Positions 9,961 to 18,638 of a stretch of DNA of 64,000 nucleotides are shown in pieces. Origin of the DNA: an uncultured Verrucomicrobiae bacterium (GTDB lineage Bacteria; Verrucomicrobiota; Verrucomicrobiia; Chthoniobacterales; UBA10450); the NCBI GenBank assembly GCA_963756875.1, contig CAVWPA010000003.1, forward strand, positions 320,001-384,000, read 5' to 3'. Numbering within the stretch: position 1 is the stretch's first letter; each line of letters opens with the position of its first letter. The translations under genes were made by a program, and so were the position numbers. The notes beneath the pieces were generated by a model that was given only the letters and a program-made list of their open reading frames with translations, searched no databases and was not told where the DNA came from.

Positions 9961-11709
9961 TTAGTCGTAAGGATAGGGAGGCGGCGGTGGCGGGAACATC
10001 AGCGGTCGTGGGATATACATTCTCCGGTACGGCGGCACGATGGCGTCTTCTTCACTACGCCGCGGCCTCACGATGATTGTTCGCCCCGAGGGCAGAAGCA
10101 AAATCAGCCTCCCATCGGGCGTGGTGCCGACGAAGCGAGTGCGAACCCGGCCGTAGTGACGCGGCCGCCGCTCCCATGCCGATTCGTTGTGCAAAGATCG
10201 AGCACTGGTCGCATGTCTCGCAGTCGATCGACGCGACGATGTTGAAGCGGTTCTCTTTTGTTTGCTGTATGAACCGGGATGATTTTCGGTACCGTTCCGC
10301 GAGTCGGCGGCATTCGTTTGCGTCGATGGGCCGCTTTCCTCCGCTCCAGCGCTCTCGGTCACAGCCGCCGTATTAGCGGGACCTTCCGACGGTGCCGCGG
10401 GTCCAGAGGCGTTTGCAGCCGAGGCAATTTTCGCCGAAGGGCTCGCCACCGGGCTCGGCTCGTTAACAGGACTTAAAGCCGGCGTGGATTGCGCGGTTGC
10501 CGTTTGCGTCTGCTGAACGTTCGACGCCGGAGTCTGTGGCTGCGCCGGCGCAGGACTTGTTACCGGCTGTTTTACAATAACGGGCGCGCCGATGGCCTTC
10601 CCGCCTGGCGAGGCCGGCGAGGCTGGCGAGGCGTCAGGCACACCCACTTCAACGCCAATTTTTTCAGTCCGATGCCAAATCGGGATCAGGTTTGGGAGGA
10701 AATATGCGCCCAGTGCAGTAGCGGCCAGCGCAAGCGCTGCGACCACAGCGGTTCCGCGTAATACCTGAGTGAACGCTGACCTTGGTTCCTTGATTTCTCT
10801 CGGTTTTCTAGGAATTACTGTTGCAAGAGGAATTCCCATTCTGCGTCCGATAGCCTGACGTTTCTCGATCTTGGTCAGGCAACTCCGGAGTTCACCTTCG
10901 AATGCGACCGGATCCTGCGGACGCTGCTCGGGATTCTCGCGCAGCATCCGTGCAAGGAGATTTCGAACGGCGCTCGGGGCCCAGTACAACTCGGGTAAAC
11001 GGCGCGTTCCCCAGCGCACTTTTCCTTCGCCGCCGGCAAGCGGTACTATGCCAACAAGGAGAAAGCAAAGCGTGGCGCCCAGGGAATAGATCTCCGATCG
11101 AAAATCGATTTCACCATTGAGTCGTTGTTCCGGGCTGGCGAACTGCGGTGCCGTTGACGGGGCCAGTTCGCGGGCTTCGCCACTGGCCGCATGGAACTGG
11201 AGCCCGGCCAGACCGAAATTCATAAGTTTTACAAAGGGCCAGCCGCCATCCGGCGATTGGCCAGGCACGATCATCAGATTCGAGGGCTGAACGGCGCGAT
11301 GCGTTAAATTGAAGAACGCCGCCGCGGCCATTGCCCTGACTACTTGCAGCCCAATGCGCAAGACCGCGTCCACCGGCATCAGGCCATGTGCCGCGATCCA
11401 TGAATCGGCCGTTTCGCCTTCCAGGTATTCCGAAACCAAACAAAAATATTCGTCTTCAACACCGACTTCGAAGATTCTGGCAATGTTAACGTGATCCAGT
11501 TTCTGCGCCGTGCGCGCACGTTCTTCGAACTGCTCGCGTCCGGCTTGATCAACAGTCGCCAGCGGGATCAGTTGCACCAGCACCGGTTCATTCGAGCGCG
11601 TGTCGACGGCTTTGTAATTAACGGCGGCGCCGATCCGGCTCACTTCATGGGGGGAACCGTTTTCGTTCGTGCAGATTCGGTAATGGTCGAAAAAGGTCGT
11701 CTGTTTCAT
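9961..11709 (-). CDS. Membrane-anchored Hanks-type Ser/Thr kinase-like protein, probably a pseudokinase
   Basis: Kinase fold (LDHVNIARIF, FASPEQ, EIYSLG, PEQRP) with degenerate catalytic motifs, one TM and a Pro/Ser/Ala-rich C-terminus. Start chosen at ATG 11709. Confidence 0.8.
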   Translation of the reverse strand: MKQTTFFDHYRICTNENGSPHEVSRIGAAVNYKAVDTRSNEPVLVQLIPLATVDQAGREQFEERARTAQKLDHVNIARIFEVGVEDEYFCLVSEYLEGETADSWIAAHGLMPVDAVLRIGLQVVRAMAAAAFFNLTHRAVQPSNLMIVPGQSPDGGWPFVKLMNFGLAGLQFHAASGEARELAPSTAPQFASPEQRLNGEIDFRSEIYSLGATLCFLLVGIVPLAGGEGKVRWGTRRLPELYWAPSAVRNLLARMLRENPEQRPQDPVAFEGELRSCLTKIEKRQAIGRRMGIPLATVIPRKPREIKEPRSAFTQVLRGTAVVAALALAATALGAYFLPNLIPIWHRTEKIGVEVGVPDASPASPASPGGKAIGAPVIVKQPVTSPAPAQPQTPASNVQQTQTATAQSTPALSPVNEPSPVASPSAKIASAANASGPAAPSEGPANTAAVTESAGAEESGPSTQTNAADSRNGTENHPGSYSKQKRTASTSSRRSTARHATSARSLHNESAWERRPRHYGRVRTRFVGTTPDGRLILLLPSGRTIIVRPRRSEEDAIVPPYRRMYIPRPLMFPPPPPPYPYD

Positions 11710-11914
11710 AAGTCCCCCGGATCCATAGGATAAAGCCTCCACAGAGGCGAAATCGGATAAGAAGCGTCCCTGAATTTGATAGTGTAGTGGTTCAAAACAT
11801 TCACTCGAATCGGCTGACGTGGACTTCCCCTATTATGGTAACAATCGCCAGCGCCGCGGGTTGCGCGCGATCTTTGACTCCCAAAAATTACGTGGCCCGA
11901 TTCCGGATGGAGTC

Positions 11915-12709
11915 TTAGCAGGCCTTCGGCGACAACGGGCGTTCGCCGAGCCAGGGGAAATGCCTTCGAACGCGTGTCACGAGCTTGAGCCCGAAAGGCT
12001 TAATGGCTTTGTTGCGAATATGCGCCACTGCGTCTTCGACGGAGTCTGTGGCGTAGATCACGCTTAAATCGGAAGCGCTTATCATCCCGAGCCTGGCCAT
12101 TTTGTCGATGACGGCGATCAATTCACGCCAGTAATCGGTGCCCATGATCACGATCGGAAAATCCTTGATCTTGCCGGTTTGAATGAGGGTGAGCGCTTCA
12201 AACATTTCATCGAGCGTGCCGAAGCCGCCCGGCATGAAGACGAAGGCATAGGAATATTTTATGAGCAGCGTTTTGCGGACGAAGAAATAGTGGAGGCTGA
12301 CGCAACGATCGAGATAATCGTTTGGCCGTTGTTCGCGCGGCAGCTCAATGTTGCAACCGACAGAGCGGCCGCCAATTTCCTTCGCGCCGCGGTTGGCCGC
12401 TTCCATGATTCCGGGGCCGCCGCCGGTCATGACGGTGAAACCAAGACTGGCGATGCCGGCGCCGATTTTTCGCGCCAGTTCGTAATCTGGACTGTCGCTA
12501 TTGACGCGGGCCGACCCGAAGACAGTGACGCACGGACCGACAAAATGAAGGACGCGGAATCCGCGCAGGAAATCGGCTATCACGCGCAAAAGAGTGATAA
12601 ATTCCCCGAGCCGCGACCGGGGTCCTTCCAGAAGAATCTCGTCAGCCCGCCTCGGCGGCGCAGTCAGCGCAGACTTTTCGTTATCTGCTGTTTTCTTAGT
12701 ATGAGCCAC
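11915..12709 (-). CDS. LOG family (TIGR00730-like) phosphoribohydrolase
   Basis: VTVFGSAR, TGGGPGIMEAANRGA, YFFVRK, PGGFGTLDE. Confidence 0.92.
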   Translation of the reverse strand: MAHTKKTADNEKSALTAPPRRADEILLEGPRSRLGEFITLLRVIADFLRGFRVLHFVGPCVTVFGSARVNSDSPDYELARKIGAGIASLGFTVMTGGGPGIMEAANRGAKEIGGRSVGCNIELPREQRPNDYLDRCVSLHYFFVRKTLLIKYSYAFVFMPGGFGTLDEMFEALTLIQTGKIKDFPIVIMGTDYWRELIAVIDKMARLGMISASDLSVIYATDSVEDAVAHIRNKAIKPFGLKLVTRVRRHFPWLGERPLSPKAC

Positions 12710-12725
12710 TTATCGAAACAAGATC

Positions 12726-12763
12726 GATCATGATCAGGAGCAGGAGCATGATCAAGATGAAGA
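12726..12763. repeat. Degenerate hexamer tandem repeat (GATCAT GATCAG GAGCAG GAGCAT GATCAA GATGAA)
   Basis: Visible 6-bp periodicity in the sufU-LOG spacer. Confidence 0.6.
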
Positions 12764-12782
12764 GTATTCAGCATCTCTAGAT

Positions 12783-12831
12783 GCTTGGAGCTTGGAACTT
12801 CCCTGGTGCTTGGAGGTTGGGCTCGGTGCTT
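12783..12831. repeat. Degenerate heptamer repeat (GCTTGGA-type)
   Basis: GCTTGGA GCTTGGA ACTTCCCTGGT GCTTGGA GGTTGG GCTCGGT GCTT, immediately after the sufU stop. Confidence 0.6.
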
Positions 12832-13304
12832 TACTCGGCATCGTCCGTTTCGGTCGAAATCGTCGATTCGCCGCTGTTTTGCTGCAACGCCTGCTCGACT
12901 GCGCGCCAGGCCAGCATGGCGCATTTGACGCGTTGCGGGAATTTGCGAACACCCTTCATCACGCGCAGATCCCCCAGCGTTTTCGGCGCGTCGCTGGTTT
13001 TCTCCGTCACCAGATCGTGAAACGCGCGCAGGATCGACATCGTTTCCTCGCGACTCTTGCCTTTGAGTTTCGTCGTCATCAGTGACGCCGATGCCTGGCT
13101 GATCGCGCAACCATGGCCGCTGAACTTGATATCCTGCAAGCTGCCGTCGGGTCCGAATTTTACGTCGAGATGAATTTCATCGCCACAGGCCGGATTATCG
13201 CCATGCACCCGCACGGCCGCGTCGGCCAGCTCGCCAAAGTTTCGGGGACGCCGCGAGTGATCGAGAATCACTTCCTGGTAAAGCTCTTCAAGTTCCGAAG
13301 TCAT
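12831..13304 (-). CDS. sufU: SUF-system SufU (NifU-like) protein
   Basis: LYQEVILDH, NPACGD, GCAISQASAS, FPQRVKCAMLAW. Coupled to sufS. Confidence 0.95.
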   Translation of the reverse strand: MTSELEELYQEVILDHSRRPRNFGELADAAVRVHGDNPACGDEIHLDVKFGPDGSLQDIKFSGHGCAISQASASLMTTKLKGKSREETMSILRAFHDLVTEKTSDAPKTLGDLRVMKGVRKFPQRVKCAMLAWRAVEQALQQNSGESTISTETDDAE

Positions 13305-14539
13305 GAAAAGAACCGGACGGCATCACGCAGGATTTCGATCATGCGATCGATTTCTTCCAGCGTGTTGTAAAAATAGAAGCTGGCCCGAGTGGTTCCCGCC
13401 AGACCGAATCGCCGCATCAACGGTTGATTGCAATGATGGCCGCCGCGCATGGCCAGCCCGTACTGATCGGCAAACGTTGTCAGATCGTGCGGGTGCGCGG
13501 TCTCCATGACGAAGCCAATGATGGCCCCGCGTGCACCGGACGGTCCGAGGACACGCGTTCCCTGCAATTCCGCGAAGCGTTTCAGCGCGTGGCAGGTCAG
13601 TTGCGAGTCATGTTCGAAAATTGCCGCGCGTCCAATCTGCTCGATGTAATCGATCGCCGCGGCGAGCCCGATCGCCCCGGCGATGTTCGGAGTGCCGGCT
13701 TCGAAACGGTGCGGTGGTTTTTTAAAGGTGCTTTTCTCCAGAGTGACGCTGACGATCATTTCGCCGCCTCCGTGCCACGGCGGCATCGCGCCGAGAACTT
13801 CTGCGCGGCCATAGAGCGCGCCAATTCCGGTCGGCGCGCACATTTTGTGACCGGAAAACGCAAGAAAATCGCAGCCTATTTCCTGGACATTGAGCGGCAA
13901 ATGCCCCGCGCTCTGCGCCGCGTCCACCAGGCTGAGCGCGCCGACCGCGCGCGCCTTTTCGCAAAGCTCGCGCACGGGATTAATGGTGCCGAGCGAGTTT
14001 GAAACGTGGGTGAAGGCGAAAAGCTTCACTTCGGGCGTAAGCAATTTCGGGAGCTGATCGAGCGCGAGCGTGCCATCGTCGCGAACTGGGACAAAGCGCA
14101 GCTGCGCGCCGGTGCGTTCGGCCAGCAATTGCCACGGAACCAGATTGCTGTGGTGCTCCATTCCGGTGAGGAGAACCACGTCGCCTTCGCGAAGAAATTT
14201 TCCGCCCCACGCCTGCGCAACCAGGTTGATGCTTTCGGTGGTCCCGCGCGTGAAAACGATTTCATCCGCGCTCGCCGCGCCGAGATAATCCGCCACGCGC
14301 TGCCGTGATTTTTCATAGGCCTCCGTCGCGCGCGAGCTTAACTCATGCAGACCGCGATGCACGTTGGCGTTATCGTGCTCGTAATAATGCCGCAGCGCGT
14401 CGATCACCGCCCGAGGCTTCTGGGTGGTCGCGGCGTTATCGAAATATATCAGGGGATGGCCATGCGCCCGTTCGCGAAGGATCGGGAAATCTTCGCGGAC
14501 GGCTTTCCAATTTGTGTTGAGACTTGCGGCCCGATGCAC
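13301..14539 (-). CDS. sufS: Cysteine desulfurase SufS (group II)
   Basis: YFDNAATTQKP, EHHSNLVPW, FSGHKM, RFEAGTP, RGGHHC. Confidence 0.96.
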   Translation of the reverse strand: MHRAASLNTNWKAVREDFPILRERAHGHPLIYFDNAATTQKPRAVIDALRHYYEHDNANVHRGLHELSSRATEAYEKSRQRVADYLGAASADEIVFTRGTTESINLVAQAWGGKFLREGDVVLLTGMEHHSNLVPWQLLAERTGAQLRFVPVRDDGTLALDQLPKLLTPEVKLFAFTHVSNSLGTINPVRELCEKARAVGALSLVDAAQSAGHLPLNVQEIGCDFLAFSGHKMCAPTGIGALYGRAEVLGAMPPWHGGGEMIVSVTLEKSTFKKPPHRFEAGTPNIAGAIGLAAAIDYIEQIGRAAIFEHDSQLTCHALKRFAELQGTRVLGPSGARGAIIGFVMETAHPHDLTTFADQYGLAMRGGHHCNQPLMRRFGLAGTTRASFYFYNTLEEIDRMIEILRDAVRFFS

Positions 14540-14607
14540 AATCTAATTTCCTCTACATACCGCGATCCGCCACTCTAGATTAGAACGACTTTGATAGATG
14601 CCTTGGT

Positions 14608-14668
14608 TGTAGTCGCCTCGCTCGGTCGAGGCTTCGTTAGGACACGGCGACAGAGCGCCGTGGCTACA
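14608..14668. repeat. REP-like inverted doublet (REPIN-like)
   Basis: TGTAG-TC-GCCTCG/CTCGGT/CGAGGC followed by the inverted unit CACGGCG/ACAGAG/CGCCGTG-G-CTACA. Confidence 0.8.
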
Positions 14669-14717
14669 AGTTTTTGGCATCCTGGCTGACCGGTCACCTG
14701 TAGCGTTTACTCAACCA

Positions 14718-15896
14718 ATGAAAGAGCGGGGCTTGAAACCACCCGTCGACTTTTTCGGCGAACCTTTTCGCATATTCTTTCCGGCGGGAATTCTTCTAGG
14801 CATCGCCGGCGTCTCGCTTTGGCTTTTCTATTATGGCGGCCTTGTCACCACTTATCCCGCGACTGCCCACGCCCGCCTGATGATCGAGGGTTTTATGGCC
14901 TCGTTTATCATCGGTTTCCTTGGAACAGCCGGACCGCGCATTACATCGACATCTCCTTTTTCGCGCGGTGAAGTGCTTCTACTTTTGACGCTGGATCTGC
15001 TGGCAGCCGGCTTGCACTTTGGGAATTCACACCGCGCGGGCGATCTGCTATTCGCTCTCTGTCTCGCGGTTTTTCTTCTCTTTATCGGCAGGCGATTCTT
15101 CCGCCGCAAAGACTCGCCGCCGCCAAATTTTGCGCTGGTTGCCCTTGGCCTTTTGAATGGAATCGCCGGCGCGATTTTAGTCGGGCTATTCGAAGATAAG
15201 GTTTACGCCGTCGGGTATCGCGTTGGCGCGCTGTGTCTGGAACAGGGCTTCGTTCTTTTTCCGATTCTCGGTGTCGCGCCATTCTTGCTTCCACGTCTTC
15301 TCGGCAAGCCAGCGGCCGATCCGGCGGCTGCCGGCCCGGAATCACCAAAACTGCCGCCCGGCTGGCTCAAGCGGGCTGCGTTTGCAGCCGGAATTGGTTT
15401 GATCATTGATGGAACGTTTGTTGCAGAAGCGTTTGGGACAACTGAGGCGGCCGGATGGGTGCGATTCGGCGCGATCCTGATTTATCTCATTGCGAAAATG
15501 TCGCACAGCGGCCGCAGTTTTTTGGGCTCTTGTCTGCGTGCCGGGATTTGGGCTGTGCCGGCCGGTATCGGCGTCGAGTTGATGTGGCCGCAATACAGAA
15601 TTGGCGCGTTGCACATTCTATTCATCAGCGGATTCAGTTTCATTGTGCTGACCGTCGCCATCCGCGTTGTTTTCGGACACAGCGGCCGCGACGATCTGCT
15701 GCAAAAGCGGCTGCCATTTTTCATCGTCGCGGCGGCGCTGATTTTCCTCGCCATGCTGTCGCGCTATATTGCAGAGGTCGCACCCAGGGCGCGCACAATT
15801 CATCTGGTTGCAGCAGCAGCCTGCTGGATCATCGCGGCGATCATCTGGGTTATTCGGGTGATTCCGAAAGTGACGATTGCCGAACCGGAGGAATAG
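14718..15896 (+). CDS. nnrS: NnrS family membrane protein
   Basis: PFRIFF, HARLMIEGF...GFLGTA, ALH, RVVFGHSGR. About 12 TM. Confidence 0.8.
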   Translation: MKERGLKPPVDFFGEPFRIFFPAGILLGIAGVSLWLFYYGGLVTTYPATAHARLMIEGFMASFIIGFLGTAGPRITSTSPFSRGEVLLLLTLDLLAAGLHFGNSHRAGDLLFALCLAVFLLFIGRRFFRRKDSPPPNFALVALGLLNGIAGAILVGLFEDKVYAVGYRVGALCLEQGFVLFPILGVAPFLLPRLLGKPAADPAAAGPESPKLPPGWLKRAAFAAGIGLIIDGTFVAEAFGTTEAAGWVRFGAILIYLIAKMSHSGRSFLGSCLRAGIWAVPAGIGVELMWPQYRIGALHILFISGFSFIVLTVAIRVVFGHSGRDDLLQKRLPFFIVAAALIFLAMLSRYIAEVAPRARTIHLVAAAACWIIAAIIWVIRVIPKVTIAEPEE

Positions 15897-15922
15897 CGCC
15901 ACACATTGGCGGATCGCCGGGA

Positions 15923-16408
15923 TCAGTCGGCCGATTTGCTCAGCGGCGTGAAGCTGAACACGATGATTTCTGCGTGGCGCGGCTGCCAATGATGCACGTC
16001 CACTTTGAAACGTCCGATCTTTTTACCGCGTATTTCATGGTTACGATTGAGCGAATCAAAAAGCTCCTTCTTCTCGCTTGCGGTGAAGAACGGACTGTCG
16101 ATGAATTCGGTTACCCAATTCATCTCGTGCGCATCCGTCAGATAGAAAGTGACCTGGATATCCTGATCGGAATTTTCGGCGATGATCAGGCAGTAATCAT
16201 AAATGTTGGCGTTGTTCCATTTGCCCTCGAAAAAGACCGTGCAACGCTTTTGCACTTCGGTCGCTCGAAGATGGGTCGATCTGAAGAATGAAATCACGTT
16301 TGCATAGGTGAGCGGCTCTTCACCGTTAATCCCTGGCTTCGGTTTGGCCGCGACTGTATTGGCGGCGATGATGATGGCCGCGAGACCGATTCTGATTCCG
16401 TATTTCAT
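15923..16408 (-). CDS. Hypothetical exported protein
   Basis: Signal-peptide-like N-terminus. Fills the gap between nnrS and the USP gene. Confidence 0.7.
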   Translation of the reverse strand: MKYGIRIGLAAIIIAANTVAAKPKPGINGEEPLTYANVISFFRSTHLRATEVQKRCTVFFEGKWNNANIYDYCLIIAENSDQDIQVTFYLTDAHEMNWVTEFIDSPFFTASEKKELFDSLNRNHEIRGKKIGRFKVDVHHWQPRHAEIIVFSFTPLSKSAD

Positions 16409-16422
16409 AGTTGCGTTGCAGT

Positions 16423-17436
16423 TTAGGCAAAGGTCGGCCGTTCGCGGGAAGGCACGACGAGGACGGAACAGTGCGCATGCCGAACGACGTACTCGGCCGT
16501 GCTCCCGATGAGCACATGTTTAAAGCCGGTCTTTCCATGCGTGGAGGTAACGATCAGGTTTACTCCCAAATCCTGCGCGCGCGCGCAGATTTTTTGTCCG
16601 GGATGGCCAACCTCAAGCGCCGTTTCGATCGTAAGCCCGTTCCAATTGGTGCTGCGAACAAGGTCGCGCATCTGCTCGCCGGCCACTTTCTCCGCCTGAT
16701 TCATCAGGGCCGGAAAATCGTATCGCGCGTATTCATCGCTCGCCACGTAGTATTGAAGGTGAACGGAATGAATCAGGACTAGTTTCGATTTCAGCCGCCT
16801 GGCCAGATTCATCGCAAAAGCAAGTCCATGGGCCGAACATCGAGAGAAATCAATCGGCACCAGGATTTTCGCGAAGCCGAGCCGGGCCTGCGCAAGCTTC
16901 TTATCACGCGATTTTCGAGTTTGCGGCCGCGCCACCAGGACCGGACAGGGCGAATAACGCACGATCCGTTCGGCCGTGCTGCCGAGAAGGGCATGCTTGA
17001 ATCCGGTAGCTCCGCGCGTGGAGGTAATGATCAGATCGATTTTAAGCTTGCGTGCCAATTGGCAGATTTGCTCGAACGGCCGGCCTTTTAGCGCGTGAAT
17101 ATTTTTTCCGCGCAGCGTCACGGAGTATTTTTTGGCGACATCTTTCAAATGGCTCCGGACGTGCCGCCCGATTTCCGGTTCCGGGACGACGAGCGGCAGA
17201 CCCGCCAGACTAGCCAGCGGATAATCGGGCGGCACGACATGAACGAGGTGAAGCTCTGCGCCGAAAAACCTCAACAGCGGCAACGCAAACGCGATTGTAT
17301 CCAACGAAGGCCGTGAGAAGTCTATCGGGACAAGGACCCTGCGGATCTGCAGGGACTTTCGCGCCTTAGTGTTGGTCCTGGGCCGTTTCAACGCACGCCG
17401 CGGGGCCGGTTTTCTCTTAATGGTGCGCGACCTCAT
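16423..17436 (-). CDS. Universal stress protein, tandem USP domains
   Basis: Two VLVPIDFS...GSTAE.VVR...VLVV units. Basic N-terminus. Confidence 0.93.
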   Translation of the reverse strand: MRSRTIKRKPAPRRALKRPRTNTKARKSLQIRRVLVPIDFSRPSLDTIAFALPLLRFFGAELHLVHVVPPDYPLASLAGLPLVVPEPEIGRHVRSHLKDVAKKYSVTLRGKNIHALKGRPFEQICQLARKLKIDLIITSTRGATGFKHALLGSTAERIVRYSPCPVLVARPQTRKSRDKKLAQARLGFAKILVPIDFSRCSAHGLAFAMNLARRLKSKLVLIHSVHLQYYVASDEYARYDFPALMNQAEKVAGEQMRDLVRSTNWNGLTIETALEVGHPGQKICARAQDLGVNLIVTSTHGKTGFKHVLIGSTAEYVVRHAHCSVLVVPSRERPTFA

Positions 17437-17531
17437 TATTTATATCGTGTTTAATATCCTCTTTAAAACTGATAGTCCCGGCAAATCTTGGGTTGGGAAA
17501 AACCGGCTCTTTTTTGCGCTGAACTTCGAAC

Positions 17532-17588
17532 GCAAGGCGTGTCGCCTGCGAAGCTTTAATGACTGCAGCCGGCGCGGCTGCCTCTACA
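17532..17588. repeat. REP-like doublet with a decayed left unit, just downstream of ldhA
   Basis: GCAGCC/GGCGC/GGCTGC-CTCTACA (minus strand TGTAGAG foot), preceded by the hairpin GCAAGGCG/TGT/CGCCTGC. Confidence 0.65.
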
Positions 17589-17590
17589 GC

Positions 17591-18580
17591 TCAGGCGCCC
17601 AGCTGATTCTCAAGCGCCTTGCCCGATTCGAACCTGGTGATGTTATCGACCGTTGTCGCGGCGATTTTCTCCAAGGCTTCGCGCGTGAAAAAAGCCTGAT
17701 GCCCGGTGATGATTACGTTGGGGAATGTTAGAAGCCGGCTGAACACGTCGTCGCTGATAATTAAACCGGAGCGATCTTCGAAGAAGATTTGCTCCTCCTC
17801 CTCGTAAACATCGAGGCCCAGGTAGCCAACCTTGCCGCTTTTTAGCGCCTCGATCACCGCCACCGTATCAATCAACGCGCCGCGGCTGGTGTTGATCAAC
17901 ATGACGCCGCTTTTCATCTTTTGCAGCGCGCTCGCGTCGATCATGTGATGATTTTTGGGCGTCAGCGGGCAATGCAATGTAACGATATCCGATTGGGCGA
18001 GGAGTTCGTCGAAGCCAACGTAGCTGACGCCCAGCGCACGGCACACTTCATTCGGAAAGGGGTCGAAGGCCAATGTGCGGCATCCAAACCCCAGAAGGAT
18101 TTTGGCTGCGACGGTTCCGATTTTTCCGGTGCCGATGATTCCGGCCGTCTTTCCGTGGACATCGAACCCGAGCAGGCCGTCGAGGGCGAAGTTGCCCTCG
18201 CGCACACGATTGTAGGCTCGATGCAGTTTGCGATTTAAGGCGAGCATCAAACCAATCGCGTGCTCGGCCACCGCGTAAGGCGAGTATCCCGGCACGCGCA
18301 CGACCGTAATGCCGTGTTTGCCGGCTGCCCTCAGATCGACATTGTTATATCCGGCGCAACGCAACGCGATCAGTCGCACGCCGGCCGATGCAAGTTTCGC
18401 GATCACACCCGCATCGACGCGATCGTTAACGAAAACACAAACCACTTCAAACCCGTCCGCTATGGCAGCCGTTTCCTCGGCCAAAGGCGGTTCGAAAAAA
18501 TGGAATTCGTGGCGTGCCGCATTTGCAGCGGTAAGAAACTCGCGATCGTATTTCCTTGCGCTGAATACTGCGACCTTCAT
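17591..18580 (-). CDS. ldhA: D-lactate dehydrogenase (D-2-hydroxyacid dehydrogenase)
   Basis: [46 protein letters not shown]. Confidence 0.9.
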   Translation of the reverse strand: MKVAVFSARKYDREFLTAANAARHEFHFFEPPLAEETAAIADGFEVVCVFVNDRVDAGVIAKLASAGVRLIALRCAGYNNVDLRAAGKHGITVVRVPGYSPYAVAEHAIGLMLALNRKLHRAYNRVREGNFALDGLLGFDVHGKTAGIIGTGKIGTVAAKILLGFGCRTLAFDPFPNEVCRALGVSYVGFDELLAQSDIVTLHCPLTPKNHHMIDASALQKMKSGVMLINTSRGALIDTVAVIEALKSGKVGYLGLDVYEEEEQIFFEDRSGLIISDDVFSRLLTFPNVIITGHQAFFTREALEKIAATTVDNITRFESGKALENQLGA

Positions 18581-18600
18581 TCGGAGCGCTTCCGTCTCTC

Positions 18601-18624
18601 TGTAACCGGAGCCGTTGATCCCGG
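18601..18624 (+). repeat. Degenerate REP-like unit
   Basis: TGTAA-CCGGAGCC-GTT-GATCCCGG. Same 24-nt architecture as the units at 19598-19647 and 63251. Confidence 0.6.
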
Positions 18625-18638
18625 CCGGCGCGGGTCGC

